DNA of 64,000 nucleotides from NCBI RefSeq assembly GCF_006345805.1, contig NC_043004.1, positions 55,552,001-55,616,000 on the forward strand, given 5' to 3'. The position numbers and the translations under genes were made by a program. Shown here piece by piece: positions 37,740 through 51,090 of this stretch. The first letter of the stretch is position 1. The number at the start of each line of letters is the position of its first letter. Below the pieces are notes generated by a model. That model did no database searches and had not been told where the DNA came from. It saw nothing but the letters and a program-made list of their open reading frames with translations. Source of the DNA: Octopus sinensis. Its lineage: Eukaryota.

Positions 37740-39175
37740 TTTTGTTTGGCATCTTTTCTGTCTCGGGAGACAATGGAGTTGCGATTTTTTTTTTTTTTTT
37801 CTTTTTCTAGGTCTAGTCCGGCTGTTATATTTATTTCTGTTACATTTCTTGCTGTGGCTGTGTAGTCTATCCTGGACAAACACTCCTCTGGCAGGTACTG
37901 CAAATGTAGCGAAGACTGTTCCTGGCTGATTGTAGTGCCATGGTCTCTTGTTTATGTCTCTTCCTTTCTTTCCATTTCTCCTCTCTCTCTCTGTCAATCC
38001 TCTGTATACCCTCTTTTACTGTACGTCGCCATTCTCCACGGTTGCCGGCGACTGCTTCCCAACCGCTAATGTTGATGTTTGCAGGCCTTCATATCCCTTT
38101 TGCAAACATCCTTGTAACGCAAGATCGGTCTACCCACAGACCTAGTACCCCTAGCAAGCTCTCCGTAGAGTATGTCCTTGGGGATTCTGCCATCGTTCAT
38201 ACGGCTAACATGCCCAAGCCATCTCATACGTCTTTGTGTGAGGAGTGCAAACCATGCTTGGTATTCCTGCTTGCCTGAGGACATCTTTGTTGGGGGATAT
38301 GATTCTGCCATTGATGTGGAGGATTTTTCGGAGGCAGCGCAGGTGAAAGATGTTTAGGCGACGCTCTTGGCGTGTGTATAGCGTCCAGGTCTCGCTTCCA
38401 TACAGTAGAGTGCTGAGTACACATGCCTGGTAGATCTTCATTTTTGTGGTCTTGGTCAGCTTATTGTTGTCCCAAGCCCGTTTGGAGAGTTGGGCCATCG
38501 CAGCAGCTGCCTGCCAATGCGTATATGAGCTCAGCGTCAAGGGATAGGTTGTAGGTGACGGTTAGAGAGCCCAGATAGGTAAACTTCTCCACCTCTTGTA
38601 ATCTGTGGTCTCCAATATGTATGTTTGGGATGTCCGATGTAGCCTGGCCCATGATGTTGGTCTTCTAAGGCTGATAGCTAAGCCAAAGTCGTTACATGCT
38701 TTGCTCAAAACAGTTAATGAGCCTTTGGAGGGCTTCTTCTGTGTGTGTTACCAGAGCGGCATCATCAGCACAATAACATCTCCTTGATCAGGACGTTTCT
38801 GATTTTGGTTTGGCACGCCGCAGGCGCGAGAGATTGAACAGTTTCCCGTCACTTCTACTGTGCAGAAACCTCCATCATCTGATGTCTGAAAGGCATGTGA
38901 CAGCAAGAGTGAGAAGAAGATGCCAAACAATGTAGGAGCGAGGACACAGCCTTGCTTTACCCCGTTTTTTTATTTGGAAGGCGGCTGATGTTGAACCGTT
39001 GTGCTGTATGTGCCTTGCATGTCATCATGGAAAGACTTGATGATCCTCAGCAGCTTTGGTGGACATCCGATTTTTGGAGCAGGAGGAAGAGGCCTGTTCT
39101 GCTTACCGAGTCAAAAGCTTTTGTTAGATCAATGAAGGCATTATATAATGGCATTTTCTGCTCTCTGGACTTCTC
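37740..39175 (-). mobile_element. RTE (BovB-like) LINE, 5'-truncated and frameshifted
   Basis: In order: FIDLTKAFDSVSR, GIFFSLLL, EVEKFTYLGS, KMKIYQACVLSTLLYGSETW, RRMRWLGHVSRMNDGRIPKDILYGEL..GRPILRYKDVCKRDMK, and a 3' end CCATTGTCTCCCGAGACAGAAAAGATGCC. Confidence 0.92.
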
Positions 39176-39208
39176 CTGAAGTTGGCGTATGGAGAATATC
39201 ATATCGTA

Positions 39209-39293
<85 letters not shown>

Positions 39294-39296
39294 GTA

Positions 39297-40055
39297 CTAC
39301 CCTAAGTATCCGGCGTTGCTCGGAAGTTCAAAGAATGTTAAAGGAAATAAATATATTTATTCAGAGAAAAATATATTTCAGAAAAAGTATGACGTGAGTG
39401 TGATGACGTAATTATAAACAGGTTATTAAAATAAACCCTAAAATCAGTAACAGTTTTTATTTTGTAGAACTTTTAAACATAGAATGTTTTCAGTGTATCT
39501 TTTAATTGGGGTACAAATAAAAAGAGTATTGGGACTTTCAACTCGCGATCATCCTACATATGATTGCCCATGAGAGAAACAAGGACCAACAACCTTGAGA
39601 GATTGTCCTGCAGATTTGTTTGTTGACATGGCAAAACTTAGTTGACATGGCAAAACTTAGACTGGAGCCGTTTAAATTCAAAGGGGAGGTCAGATGGAAT
39701 TAACAGGATCCGTGGAATGAAGACATTATCACCCTTATACACCCCAGTGATAATTACTGCCTCTAGGACATGAGGTTGTATCGCTTTCACCACCAGTCTG
39801 GTGCCACTGCACAGGCGAGATGGATCCAAATTTCTGAGCAGCATGACTGGGGCCCCCTTTTTTAAGTGTGAAGTTGTGAGGTGACATCCCAGATGGCAGT
39901 AGAGAGTTCAGAAACTTCAGCTTGGTCCTGATCAATGAGTGTTGATGGATTTGAAAGACTGTTCTTGTCCTGGCAACAGCTGCGAGAGGTCCCAATTGAT
40001 TCTGTCAACAGCATCACTACGTGGAGCTAAGATGGCTCGCTCACATAGCCATTGA
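39297..40055 (-). mobile_element. Helitron RepHel relic (PIF1-helicase C-terminus plus 3' terminus)
   Basis: WLCERAILAPRSDAVDRIN, FLNSLLPSGMSPHNFTLKKG, MLLRNLDPSRLCSGTRLVV..VFIPRILLIPSDLPFEFKRLQ, SFAMSTNKSAGQ, CFSHGQSYVG*SRV, with frameshifts and a short tandem duplication. Terminal hairpin CCGAGCAACGCCGG and GTAG|T end. Confidence 0.92.
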
Positions 40056-40059
40056 CTGT

Positions 40060-42330
40060 GTGTGTGGGCGTGCTTCGGGTGTGTGCGTGCGTATGTATAC
40101 ATACATACCCACACACACGCATGCATCCCTACCCACATACATACACGCACACCTACTCACACACCCCCTCAAACACACACATACACACACACACACACAT
40201 ACCCGCACACACACACACACGTACATACATACACACACATACCTACTTCAGACATACACACACACAGACATACACCCATACACTCACACTCACACTCATA
40301 CACACACATACACACGCACACGCACACATACACACACACACACACCTACATACATACATTACACTTGTACACACACACACTTACATTCATACACACACAC
40401 AACACCTACACAGCCATACCTTCACTCATACATACACACATACCTACACACACACACACAAACACTACACAGACACACCCCATACATACATACACCTATA
40501 CACACACGCCTACACACATACATACAACACATACATAAACACACACACATACACATACACATACATACGCACACACACATATACTTACACACATCACCAG
40601 CACACACACACCATACATACATACATACACCCACACACATACACACACACATACTACATACTCCTATACGCACATACATACACACAGCATACACCACATA
40701 CACACTCACACATACATACACACACACATACTACACCACACACTCGCCTGCACGCGCCACCACACATGCATGACAAACCACCCATACACTCACCCTCACA
40801 TACACACACACACCAACATAACACGCACACGCACACATACACGCACACACAACCTACACTCCCACACACATACACACGCACCTACATACACACACACACA
40901 CGCAGACACACGCACACACACGCATACATACATATATACACACGTACACACACACCTACATACACATGCATACACACACACACAAAAAACACACACGGAC
41001 ACACCAATACATACATACATACATACATACACCTATATACACACGCCCACACACCTACATACACATACATGCATACACACACACACACGGACACACCCAT
41101 ACATACTTGCATACATACACCTATAACACACGCCTACAACACCTACATACACACACATGCATACACACACACATGTACGCACATACATATATACCTACAC
41201 CACATGCACACACACACACACACATACGCACATGCATACGCATACATGCATACACAAACACAGCACGTACAATACATACACACACACACACTACATTAAC
41301 CCATACACATACATGCATCCTACACACACAGACATACACACTCACACATACATACACACCACACTCACTCACACACTGCATGTACGCGCACACAACATGC
41401 AATACACACACTTCCACACAACACACGTACATACATACACATTCATACACATACACACACACACACACACGGACATACATCTATATACACACATATACAC
41501 ACACATACTTACATACATTCATCGGACACACTGACACCCAGACTTACACACAGACACACTCACACATCCACACACATACATACTTACACACACACTCGCA
41601 GGCGCGCGCACATACACGCTTGTGCACGTTCGCGCACGCATACACGCATGCATGCACCACGCTCTTGGTTGACCGACTAGATCTCCTGTACGTATCTGGG
41701 GCCGGCGCGTGTCTTTGGGTTCTCCCACGCCTGTCGCCGCGGGACCACTCTTCCATCTCTCCCCCCTCCGCTGCAGTTTTTTTCCTTAACCCCCCCTCTT
41801 TGTACACACACGCACACACATACACACACCCACTCACACACACGCATTTGCATATATATATACATTACACTTACACACACTTCAAATTTACTTGCCATAC
41901 AACAACTACGCACACTGGACACACTACCACCAACAACACACACACTGGCACGTTACATACGGACCACCCTTTCCCTCCTTCCTTTCTCCCCCTTCCTCCC
42001 TTTTTTACCACTGACCACTCATTCGAGACTTGCTATGTCATCCGTTCGCCCTGCACGCCACTAACATATACATATTTTTTGTTTTTTTTATCTCGCCTCA
42101 CACACACATACACATACGCACACGCACACACTCACAACGTACATACACACGCACACAACACATACCTCCCTGTTTCTGATCTGCCTTTCTGACTTGCTAG
42201 GGTACCCCCACACACTCCTTTAATTTACTACTGCCTGCTACTAGCCACTGTCCACCATACACACACATACACACACACGTACACACTCACACAAACACCC
42301 CTCGTTTTCTCGCACACCTTTTTACCATTC
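40060..42330. repeat. ~2.3-kb degenerate (CA)n/(CATA)n low-complexity tract
   Basis: Almost entirely CA/CATA/CACG variants; source of the spurious 250-415 aa His/Thr ORFs. Confidence 0.95.
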
Positions 42331-42398
42331 CCTCTTGATTCAGCTCTCCTGTTTTTAAAAAACATTTTCCTCCTTTTTTACCACTTCGTCTTTTCAGT

Positions 42399-42597
42399 AT
42401 GTGACCTCGTGAAGACTACTTGTAAATTTTTTTCCCTCTGTCCTCCCGTCTCGGGATCTTCTTTCTCCTATGTTCCGACGAAGAGCTCCGCTCGAAACGT
42501 CATACCCTCCTTCTTCCATTTTCTGAGCGCCTAATAATAATAATACTGTAATTGTTCCACGTGTTGTTGTTTTTTCTGTTTTCCCGTTTGGATTAAC
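42399..42597 (+). mobile_element. ~200-nt Penelope/retrozyme-like element (family P1) with a hammerhead-like core
   Basis: Same ends (ATGTGACCTC...GTTTGGATTAAC) as copies at 51091-51297 and 53449-53654; core CCGACGA-A-GAGC/GCTC-GAAA-CGTC at 42475-42501. Confidence 0.6.
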
Positions 42598-42598
42598 C

Positions 42599-42658
<60 letters not shown>

Positions 42659-42734
42659 AATACATACTTGGAAATGGATGCGTGGCTTTCGATCATATAA
42701 TAATATAAATAATATATATATACGCATATATACA

Positions 42735-43095
42735 TACATATATGCACATACCTACATATATATGTATATATATATATGCATATATGAGTACAAAACGTCA
42801 AAAAAGAACGTGAACAAAATGAGAAACGAGAACATTAAAAAAAACATGGAAAACGAAAGGAACAAATAGAGAAACTAGACAGGCAACATAAAGAACATTC
42901 CCTCGATCAGTTGTTCCCTGTTTTATCTTCGAAACGCGGAGTAGATAAAACAGGGGACAACTGCTGAAGGGAATGTCCTTTAAGTTGCCTGTCTCGTTTC
43001 TCATTTTGTTCAGGTCTTTTTTGACGTCCTGTACCAATATATGCATGTATTGCATGTATATATACATATATATGTAGGTATATACATATATATTG
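42735..43095. repeat. Long inverted duplication of family P3
   Basis: Reverse-complementary arms around a short loop (TCGAAACGCGGAGT, 42929-42942); near-perfect inner 21-bp stem; the left arm has ~47 extra bp. Confidence 0.85.
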
Positions 43096-43106
43096 CATAT
43101 ATAGTG

Positions 43107-43200
<94 letters not shown>

Positions 43201-43204
43201 GTAC

Positions 43205-44200
43205 ACAGTAATGACAAAAATAGACACCCCATAAAACATTTTTATTCTAAGTTGTAAAGGTTCATATTTTTCATTAACTTCAGGTTCTATAAATGTGGCT
43301 GTTTAATCATGTCATGTACAAAAGAAGTTTTGGAACTGCTTGAATTTCAAAGAGGTTGTATTGTAGCTCATTCTGAAGGTAGATATAGCGTAAAATCGCA
43401 GAAAATCTTGAGATCACATCTTCTACTGTTAATAGAGTGACTGTATAATTCACCAGATAGGAGAAGGAGTCCACATCATCTCCCCCAGATCAAGCAGGGC
43501 CCTCTTTGCTAAGAAAAGTGTGGAGGAAAATCCTCGTTGCAAGGCCTCTGACATAGCAGAACAATTTGATGTCAGTCTCAGAACAGCTGTCAGGTATCTC
43601 CACAATCTTGGTTACTATGGCAGAGCTGCAAGATGAAAGCCACTTCTTCGATCAGCCAACATCAAGCGGAGAAAAGATTGAGCCAGTGGAGAGAGCATTT
43701 TGGGACACTGTCATATTCTCTGATGAGTCCAGATCTGCTGTGTTTCCTGACAGTGGTTGAGTGTGGGTCTGGAGACGCAGTGATCAAGAATTTGATATGA
43801 AAAGATTGCTGCCAACAATGAAGCACTGCAGCTATTCTGTGATGGTCTGGGGGGCAATTTGGAGCAATGGTTGATCAATCTGGTGGTGTGTGAGGGGAAC
43901 ATAAACTCAGACAAATATATGTCCATATTGCAGAAAGGACTCCTTCCAATCTTCTCCGGTGGTGAAATGATTAAAGAAAACTATTTATGGAAGATGGGCT
44001 CCTTGTCACACGTCTAAAATGATCCAAGACTTGTTGGATGAGAATGGCATTAAAAAGCTTCCATGGCCAAACCAGTTACCAGATATAAACTCTATTGAAC
44101 ACTTCTGGGACATAATGGACAAGACACTTCATTAAAAGAACAAGAAAGTATCTGCAAAGCCAGATCTTTTGAGATTACTGCATGAAACTTGGCAAGAAAA
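43205..44200 (+). mobile_element. Tc1-family transposase relic
   Basis: [51 protein letters not shown] motifs, with stops and frameshifts. Confidence 0.88.
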
Positions 44201-44457
44201 TATTTACATTATAACAATTAATAAGTAATTTGAATGTGTAATTTCAGATTTAAAGAAATTTTAATGATTATAAGACTGTCTATTTACTTCTGTCATATTT
44301 GTATACATATAGATTAAGGTACAAGTGAGGATATATAAACCTCAGAGGGATAGAAATATCGAAGATTAGACTGTTTGAATACCTTATAATGTAGACACAA
44401 GGTCTTGTCAATGTATTAATACATTTTTATTAATCGTATCTCCATCTTCTTCCTTGG

Positions 44458-44503
<46 letters not shown>

Positions 44504-45333
44504 ACACCTCATATGTAAAGCCTTCTGTGTTTGTCTCGTTTAAAAAATCTGTGGAACAAAACAAGGACACAAACAAGAGTATACAGTAATTAATTTCGTT
44601 CTGTCGAAAGAACAGAATTGATTTTCCTTTAATATTTCGGGTAAAATCAAAGCCGGTGAGCTGGCAGACTCATTAGCACACTGGGCAACATGCTTAGCCG
44701 CATTTCGTCTGTCTTTATGCTCTGAGTTCAAATTTCGCCGACCTCATCTTCGCTTTACATCCTTGTGGGGAACGATAAAATAAATACCAGTTGAGTACTG
44801 TAGTCGATATAAACAATTAATCTCCCGATCCTCCTGAAATTGCTAGTCTATGACTAAAGTTTCAAACTAATATTTCAAGCAAAGGCTCTCGATCAAAGAA
44901 TCCCTAAAAATCAAGGATGTTTCTTAGCAGAAATGCTGTTGTAGCCAAGAGAGACAATCTGAAATTGTATTCTGCGCACGAGTATATTACGGGGTGTGAG
45001 TTTCTCTGTATGTACGTATGTGTGCATACTTCATATAATCTTTTGTGATAGCTCTAATTAATCGTTAATTACGGAAAATATTTCGACTAGACAAATGAAA
45101 ATGTACTGTAAAGTGCACGTGTCCCTATTTTGTATCCCTACAGACACAAACACATGCATTTTTTGTTTCAGGTTATGTATGATTCTTTTTCTATTTTAAT
45201 TTCCCACAGCCTTTTTTTATAGCTTCAATTAATACTTAATTAGAAACAAGGCATTCACAGTGGTTTAGACGAATTAAGACTGCCCTGACAAGTACATGTG
45301 TGACTATATTCCATAAATGTGTGTATGAGCGTG

Positions 45334-45380
<47 letters not shown>

Positions 45381-45779
45381 AAACTGAATTGCGTTTTTAC
45401 CGCTTGGTTCGCTTTCAATGCCACTACATCCCGTCCGATTCGATCCAAAATTTACAGGGACATGTAGAATGAGGTGACGATGCACGTGGGCTACCTTAGA
45501 AATCCCTATCTTAAAAGCTGTGGTTTCTAGGGGCCATCTTCCTACCTCACCCTATTTCCTCCAGTACTCTGTCACTCCTCTTCATTTATAACTTTCAGAA
45601 TGCCACTACGGTTATTTAAAGTATCTGTCACTATCGCTAGTTCCTTTCTTTTTCACTGACTCTGTTTCCTACCTTCCTATCACTTCGGCGGCGTTCTTTG
45701 AAGTATATGTCTGTCACCAACAATCAACACACGAGCATGAGAACAAATATTATGAATCAGATATTCTTGCGTTCATTTA

Positions 45780-45980
45780 TATGTGTGTGTGTGTGTGTGT
45801 GTGTTCTATATATATATGTATATATAATGTATGTGTGTGTGTGTGTTCTATATATAAATATGTATATATAATGTATGTGTGTGTGTGTGTGTGTGTTCTA
45901 TATATAAATATGTATATATAATGTATGTGTGTGTGTGTGTTCTATATATAAATATGTATATATAATGTATATATACAAAG
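45780..45980. repeat. Compound minisatellite (TG)nTTCTATATATAAATATGTATATATAATGTA, ~4 copies
   Basis: Direct tandem units that differ in (TG)n length. Confidence 0.85.
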
Positions 45981-46120
45981 TGTATATATCTGTATTTATG
46001 TATATTAAACTTTTTCATACTTTTTCATAGTTATATATATTTTTAAAAAAAATTATAAATATAATTTCATAATTTTTATTTTCAATTTAAATAATTTAAA
46101 GTTTTCAATTTTATATTTTA

Positions 46121-46622
46121 CGAGCAGTATCGCCCGGCGTTGCTCGGGTTTGTAAGGAAATAACTATATAAGCATTTAGTTGAGTTTAGTGTTTATAGCA
46201 AAAAATAGCAAAAAATGCATTAAAGATGGAATAAAAAATGATAGTAATTTCTTTTTAAATCGTTGACTCATCGTAGACATTTTTACAGAGTTACTTCCCT
46301 TATATAATAGCAAAAATGCATTAAAATGGAATAAAAAAATGATGGTAATTTTTTTTTTAATCGTTGACTCATCGTAGACATTTTTAGAGAGTTACTTCCC
46401 TTATATAATAGCGAAAAATGCATTAAAATGGAATAAAAAATGATGGTAAATTTTTTTTAAATCGTAGACTCATCGTAGACGCGCGCTAATACCCAGAAGG
46501 GCTCGATATGAATCACGACTATAAGATACCCGGTTTTGGTTACACTGCACCGCAAAATGTGGGAGTAGTTAGGAATCTAAATCGTAGGAGACAGACACAC
46601 AACCTTACTTTATATATAAAGA
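46121..46622 (-). mobile_element. Non-autonomous Helitron family 1
   Basis: A|TC at 46622, three internal ~100-bp units, CCCGAGCAACGCCGGG hairpin, ends CTCG|T (CTAG variant). Confidence 0.9.
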
Positions 46623-46920
46623 TTTTGCAACAACTAAAACATTCGGTTGTGCAAATTGTTTGCACAGGAAACCTGCCCTGTGTGGCGGTTTTTTGCCGTT
46701 TTTGTGGATCTGGTTCAGCTTTTTTTAGCGATTTCTGTTTTGGCGACTTCAAGCCATGAAGTCGTTGTTCTAAAAGAACGCTGGTCTCCTTCACAACGCA
46801 TTACGACGTTGATTTCCTTACACTCCCTTCCCCACAGCTTCACGAGGGAGGGAAGAAGGGGGAGAAGCAACACAGGTGCAGGCGTGAGCGTGGACGCCAA
46901 CTCCGCCGCCATCGACACAC

Positions 46921-47138
46921 GAAAAAAATATGCATTAAAATGGAATAAAAAATGATGTTAAATATTTTTAAAATCGTACACTCATCGTAGATGCGCGCTA
47001 ATACCCAGACGGGCTCGATATGAATCACGACTATAAGATACCCGAATTTGGTTAAACTGCACCGCAAAATTGGGAGTAGTTACGAATCTAAATCGAAGGG
47101 GACAGACACTCACACAACTACAGTTTTATATATATAGA
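46921..47138 (-). mobile_element. Helitron family 1, 5' fragment
   Basis: A|TCTATATATATAAAACTG start; homology stops at 46921. Confidence 0.85.
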
Positions 47139-48555
47139 TATATTTTCTATGTTATATTTTCTTTTTTTATGTTTTTGTTTTTGGTTTTTCACTGTTTCAT
47201 TTGCCTATTAGTGGTTTTATCTCTTTTAATTTATACAGATATATATCTCATTTGTATACATTTGTATATATAATGCGTGCACCCACACCACACACACACA
47301 CACACCACACACACACATATATATATATATAACACATATATATATGTGTGCATTACGTAGTCGGTCGATTCACCTGAAAATATGCACACCTATGTTAAAG
47401 GTGCTGACAAGTTTGCATCACAACTATTTTGTTCCTCAAATGAAAGGCGTCACCTCTAGGACAAAATTCCTCATCTTATAAAATGTGGCCCCAGTACACC
47501 CGAATGAAATCGGTTATATTAACAAAATGTGAAAAGGGGTCTAAATGGGGCTGGAAGGGGATTAAAATTTCAAAGAGCGGGTGTTTAGGAATTCTCTGTT
47601 GCATCAAGCTAAAAAATTTGCGCCAGCCTTTTAATCGTCAATGTGTTGCCGTCCATGATAAAGAAGTTTTGAATGCTTGCCATGGTGAGTCTACTGTCGT
47701 GAGAAAGAATCACTTCAAAATTGGTGTTTACGAATTTTCTTTTACATCAAGTTCAAAATTTACGCCAGCCGTTAAACTGTCACTACGTTGCTGTCCGTCG
47801 TTACACAATGCCAGCCATGGTGACTCTACTATCCTCAGATTCTATCCCTTCAAACTTGGTTTCCAATATTTTATTATTTTTATTCAGCTCGCAAGTTCGT
47901 CTGTCCCTTTTGAATGTTAGCGTTTTGCTGTCTGCCTTGAAGCAGACCTTTCCATTGCCACTGCCTCATATTTCTGATTCATCTTTCTAAATATTTTATT
48001 TCTCAACTTACTCAAGATCTTCTGTTGTTTATAAATGGGAGGAGAGAGATAGATAAAGATAGAGAGTAAGAGAAAGCGAGGGAGAAGTCAGAGAGAAAAG
48101 AAAAGTAAGAGAGTGGGAAAGTGAGAGAGAAAGGAGAGAGAAACAAATACGGAGAATCATCATCATCATCGTTTAACGTCCGTTTTCCGTGCTAGCACGG
48201 GTTGGGCAGTGTGACCGGGTCTCGGAAGCCAGGAGGCTGCACCAGGCTCCAGTCTGATCTGGCAGTGTTTCTACAGTGGATGACCTTCCTAACGCCAACC
48301 ACACTGTGAGTGTAGTGAGTGCTTTTTTCGTGCCGACGGCACTGGTGCCAGGGGGGCTCGCAGTGGCAACGATCGGTTGTGCTTTTTTACGTGCCACCAG
48401 CACAGAAGCAAGTCAAGGCGGTGCTGCAATCGGCCACGTTCGGATGGTGCTTTTTACGTGCTGAAAGGAAGCAACAGAAAGTAACACCCACGCTCTTACC
48501 CGCGCGTAGAGCGGGTCACCTTCAGCTAGTATATATATATATATATATATATATA

Positions 48556-48975
48556 TCTTCTATATATAAAACTGAATTGCGTTTTTACCGCTTGGTTCGC
48601 TTTCAATGCCACTACATCCCGTCCGATTCGCTCCAAAATTTACAGGGACATGTAGAATGAGGTGACGATGCGCGTGGGCTACCTTACAAATCCCTATCTT
48701 AAAAGGTGTGGTTGCTAGGGGCCATCTTCCTACCTCACCCTATTTCCTCCAGTACTCTGTCACTCCTCTTCATTTGACAATGCAACTACCGTTATTCAAT
48801 GTAAAGTCTTCCTCAAATCGCTCTGTCGCTCTTTACTCTCTTCCAAGAACATTTTCACTCACTCTTATTTCTTACCTTCCTATACATTTTACTCATGTAT
48901 CTCTCAGCGTTCATGGACAGTAACAAATATTACATCGCCATCCCCATCCCCATCGCATTCTATTGTCTACCTGTC

Positions 48976-49025
<50 letters not shown>

Positions 49026-49126
49026 CATATATCTAATATATTTTTATTTTTATGTTTTTGTTTTTGGTTTTTTACTGTTTCATTTCCCTATTAGTGGTTT
49101 TATCTCTAATTTAATTTCTACAGCGT

Positions 49127-49167
<41 letters not shown>

Positions 49168-50602
49168 TATGTGGCCCCAGTAGACCCGAATGAAATCGGG
49201 TTCTCTTCATCAAAATGTGAAAAGGGGTCTACAATTATCATCGCCACAACTTATGTATGTCTTCCTCACTCACTCACTCTTTTTCCTAATAATAATTATC
49301 ATCGCCACCACCAACACCACCAACACACAATCTGGGCAATCTTTCTCTTATAACAAATCATGTTTACATTGCAACGACGTCTGCCACCTCCGCCGTCTCT
49401 ATTTATTCTGCAAATGACCAGAACTCGGGAAACTTAGTTTAGTGTTCTATGGTCTATGACCAGAACTCGGGAAACTTGGTTGTGTGTTCTATGGTCTATG
49501 ACCAGAACTCGGGAAACTTGCTTGACTGTTCTATGGTCTATGACCAGAAATCGGGAAACTTGGTTGAGTGTTCTATGGTCTATGACCAGAACTTGGGAAA
49601 CTTGGTTGTGTCCTCATCTTATAAAATGTGGCCCCAGTAGACCCAAAAGGTGAAAAGGGGTATAAATGGGGCTGGAAGGGGATTAAAATTTAAAGGAGCG
49701 GGTGTTTAGCAATTCTCTGTTACATCAAGCTAAAAAATTTGCGCCAGCCTTTTAATCGTCAATGTGTTGCCGTCCATGATGAAGAAGTTTTGAATGCTTG
49801 CCATCGTGAGTCTACTGTCGTGAGAAAGAATCAAGTCAAAACTTGGTTTTTAGGGATTTTCTTTTACATCAAGTTCAAACTTTTACGCCAGCCGTTGAAC
49901 TGTCAATACGTTGCTGTCCGTCGTTAAGAAATGCCAGCCATGGTGACTCTACTATCCTCAAATTCTATCCCTTCAAACTTTGGTTCCAATATTTTATTAT
50001 TTTTATTCAGCTCGCAAGTTCGTCTGTCCCTTTTAAATGTTAGTGTTTTGCTGTCTGTCTTGAAGCAGACCTTTCCTTTGTAACTGCCTGATATTTATGA
50101 TTGATCTTTCTAAATATTTTATTTCTCAACTTACTCAAGATCTTTTGTTGTTTATAAATGGGAGAGAGATACATAAAGATAGAGAGTAAGAGAAAGCGAG
50201 GGAGAGTCCGAGAGAAAGGAAGAGTAAGAGAGTGAAAGTGAGAGAGAAAGGAGAAAGAAACAAAGAGGGAGAATCATCATCATCATCGTTTAACGTCCGT
50301 TTTCCGTGCTAGCACGGGTTGGACAGTTTGACAGGGGTCTGGGAAGCCAGGAGGCTGCACCAGGCTCCAGTCTGATCTGGCAGTGTTTCGACAGGTGGAT
50401 GCCCTTCCTAACGCCAACCACTCTGTGAGCGTAGTGGGTGCTTTTTTCGTGCCGCCTGCACAGGTGCCACCAGCACAGTAGCCAGTCAAGGCGGCGCTGC
50501 AATCGGCCACGTTCGGATGGTGCTTTTTACGTGCTGAAAGGAAGCAACAGAAAGTAACAACCACACTCTTACCCGCGCGTAGAGCGGGTCACCTTCAGCT
50601 AG
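48556..50602 (+). mobile_element. Non-autonomous Helitron family 2, unit 2
   Basis: A|TCTTCTATATATAAAACTG start, same 3' hairpin and CTAG|T as unit 1; includes an RTE-tail fragment (50274-50533). Confidence 0.88.
49414..49610 (+). repeat. 42-bp minisatellite, ~4.7 copies
   Basis: ATGACCAGAACTCGGGAAACTTGGTTGTGTGTTCTATGGTCT units starting at 49414, 49456, 49498, 49540, 49582. Confidence 0.95.
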
Positions 50603-50736
<134 letters not shown>

Positions 50737-51090
50737 TAAACACACATACATATATTATATGCATACACACGCACGCACACGCTCACAACACGCTCACACA
50801 CACGCATATACACGCACACACATTCAAATATGAATTAGAAGCAGCGCTAGTGTTGTAAACATTATAAATCACGCAAACTCAATGTATGTGCTTTGCTTGT
50901 TTTGGGGAGAGTTGTCTCGCTTGTCCATAACTTTGAAGGAGTCGTCCTTACCGCACCACATGCAGCCTACCGACAAACAAGTAAAGTACAAACATCTAGT
51001 ATATGTCGTCGGTAATATCTGCGTGTGTGTGTTATATATATATATTATATATATATATATATTATATAATATATATATATATATATATAC

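Larger units (their letters stand above)
45360..48529 (+). mobile_element. Non-autonomous Helitron family 2, unit 1 (with nested family 1 elements)
   Basis: 5' AAAACTGAATTGCG emerges from (TA)n; 3' hairpin ACCCGC-GCGTAGA-GCGGGT then CTAG|T; collinear with unit 2. Confidence 0.8.

Noticed and set aside
40021-42192. 250-415 aa His/Thr-rich ORFs
   Set aside because: Translations of the (CA)n tract, which lacks stop codons by composition.
49414-49610. CRISPR-like array
   Set aside because: Contiguous tandem units with no unique spacers, no cas genes, eukaryotic context.
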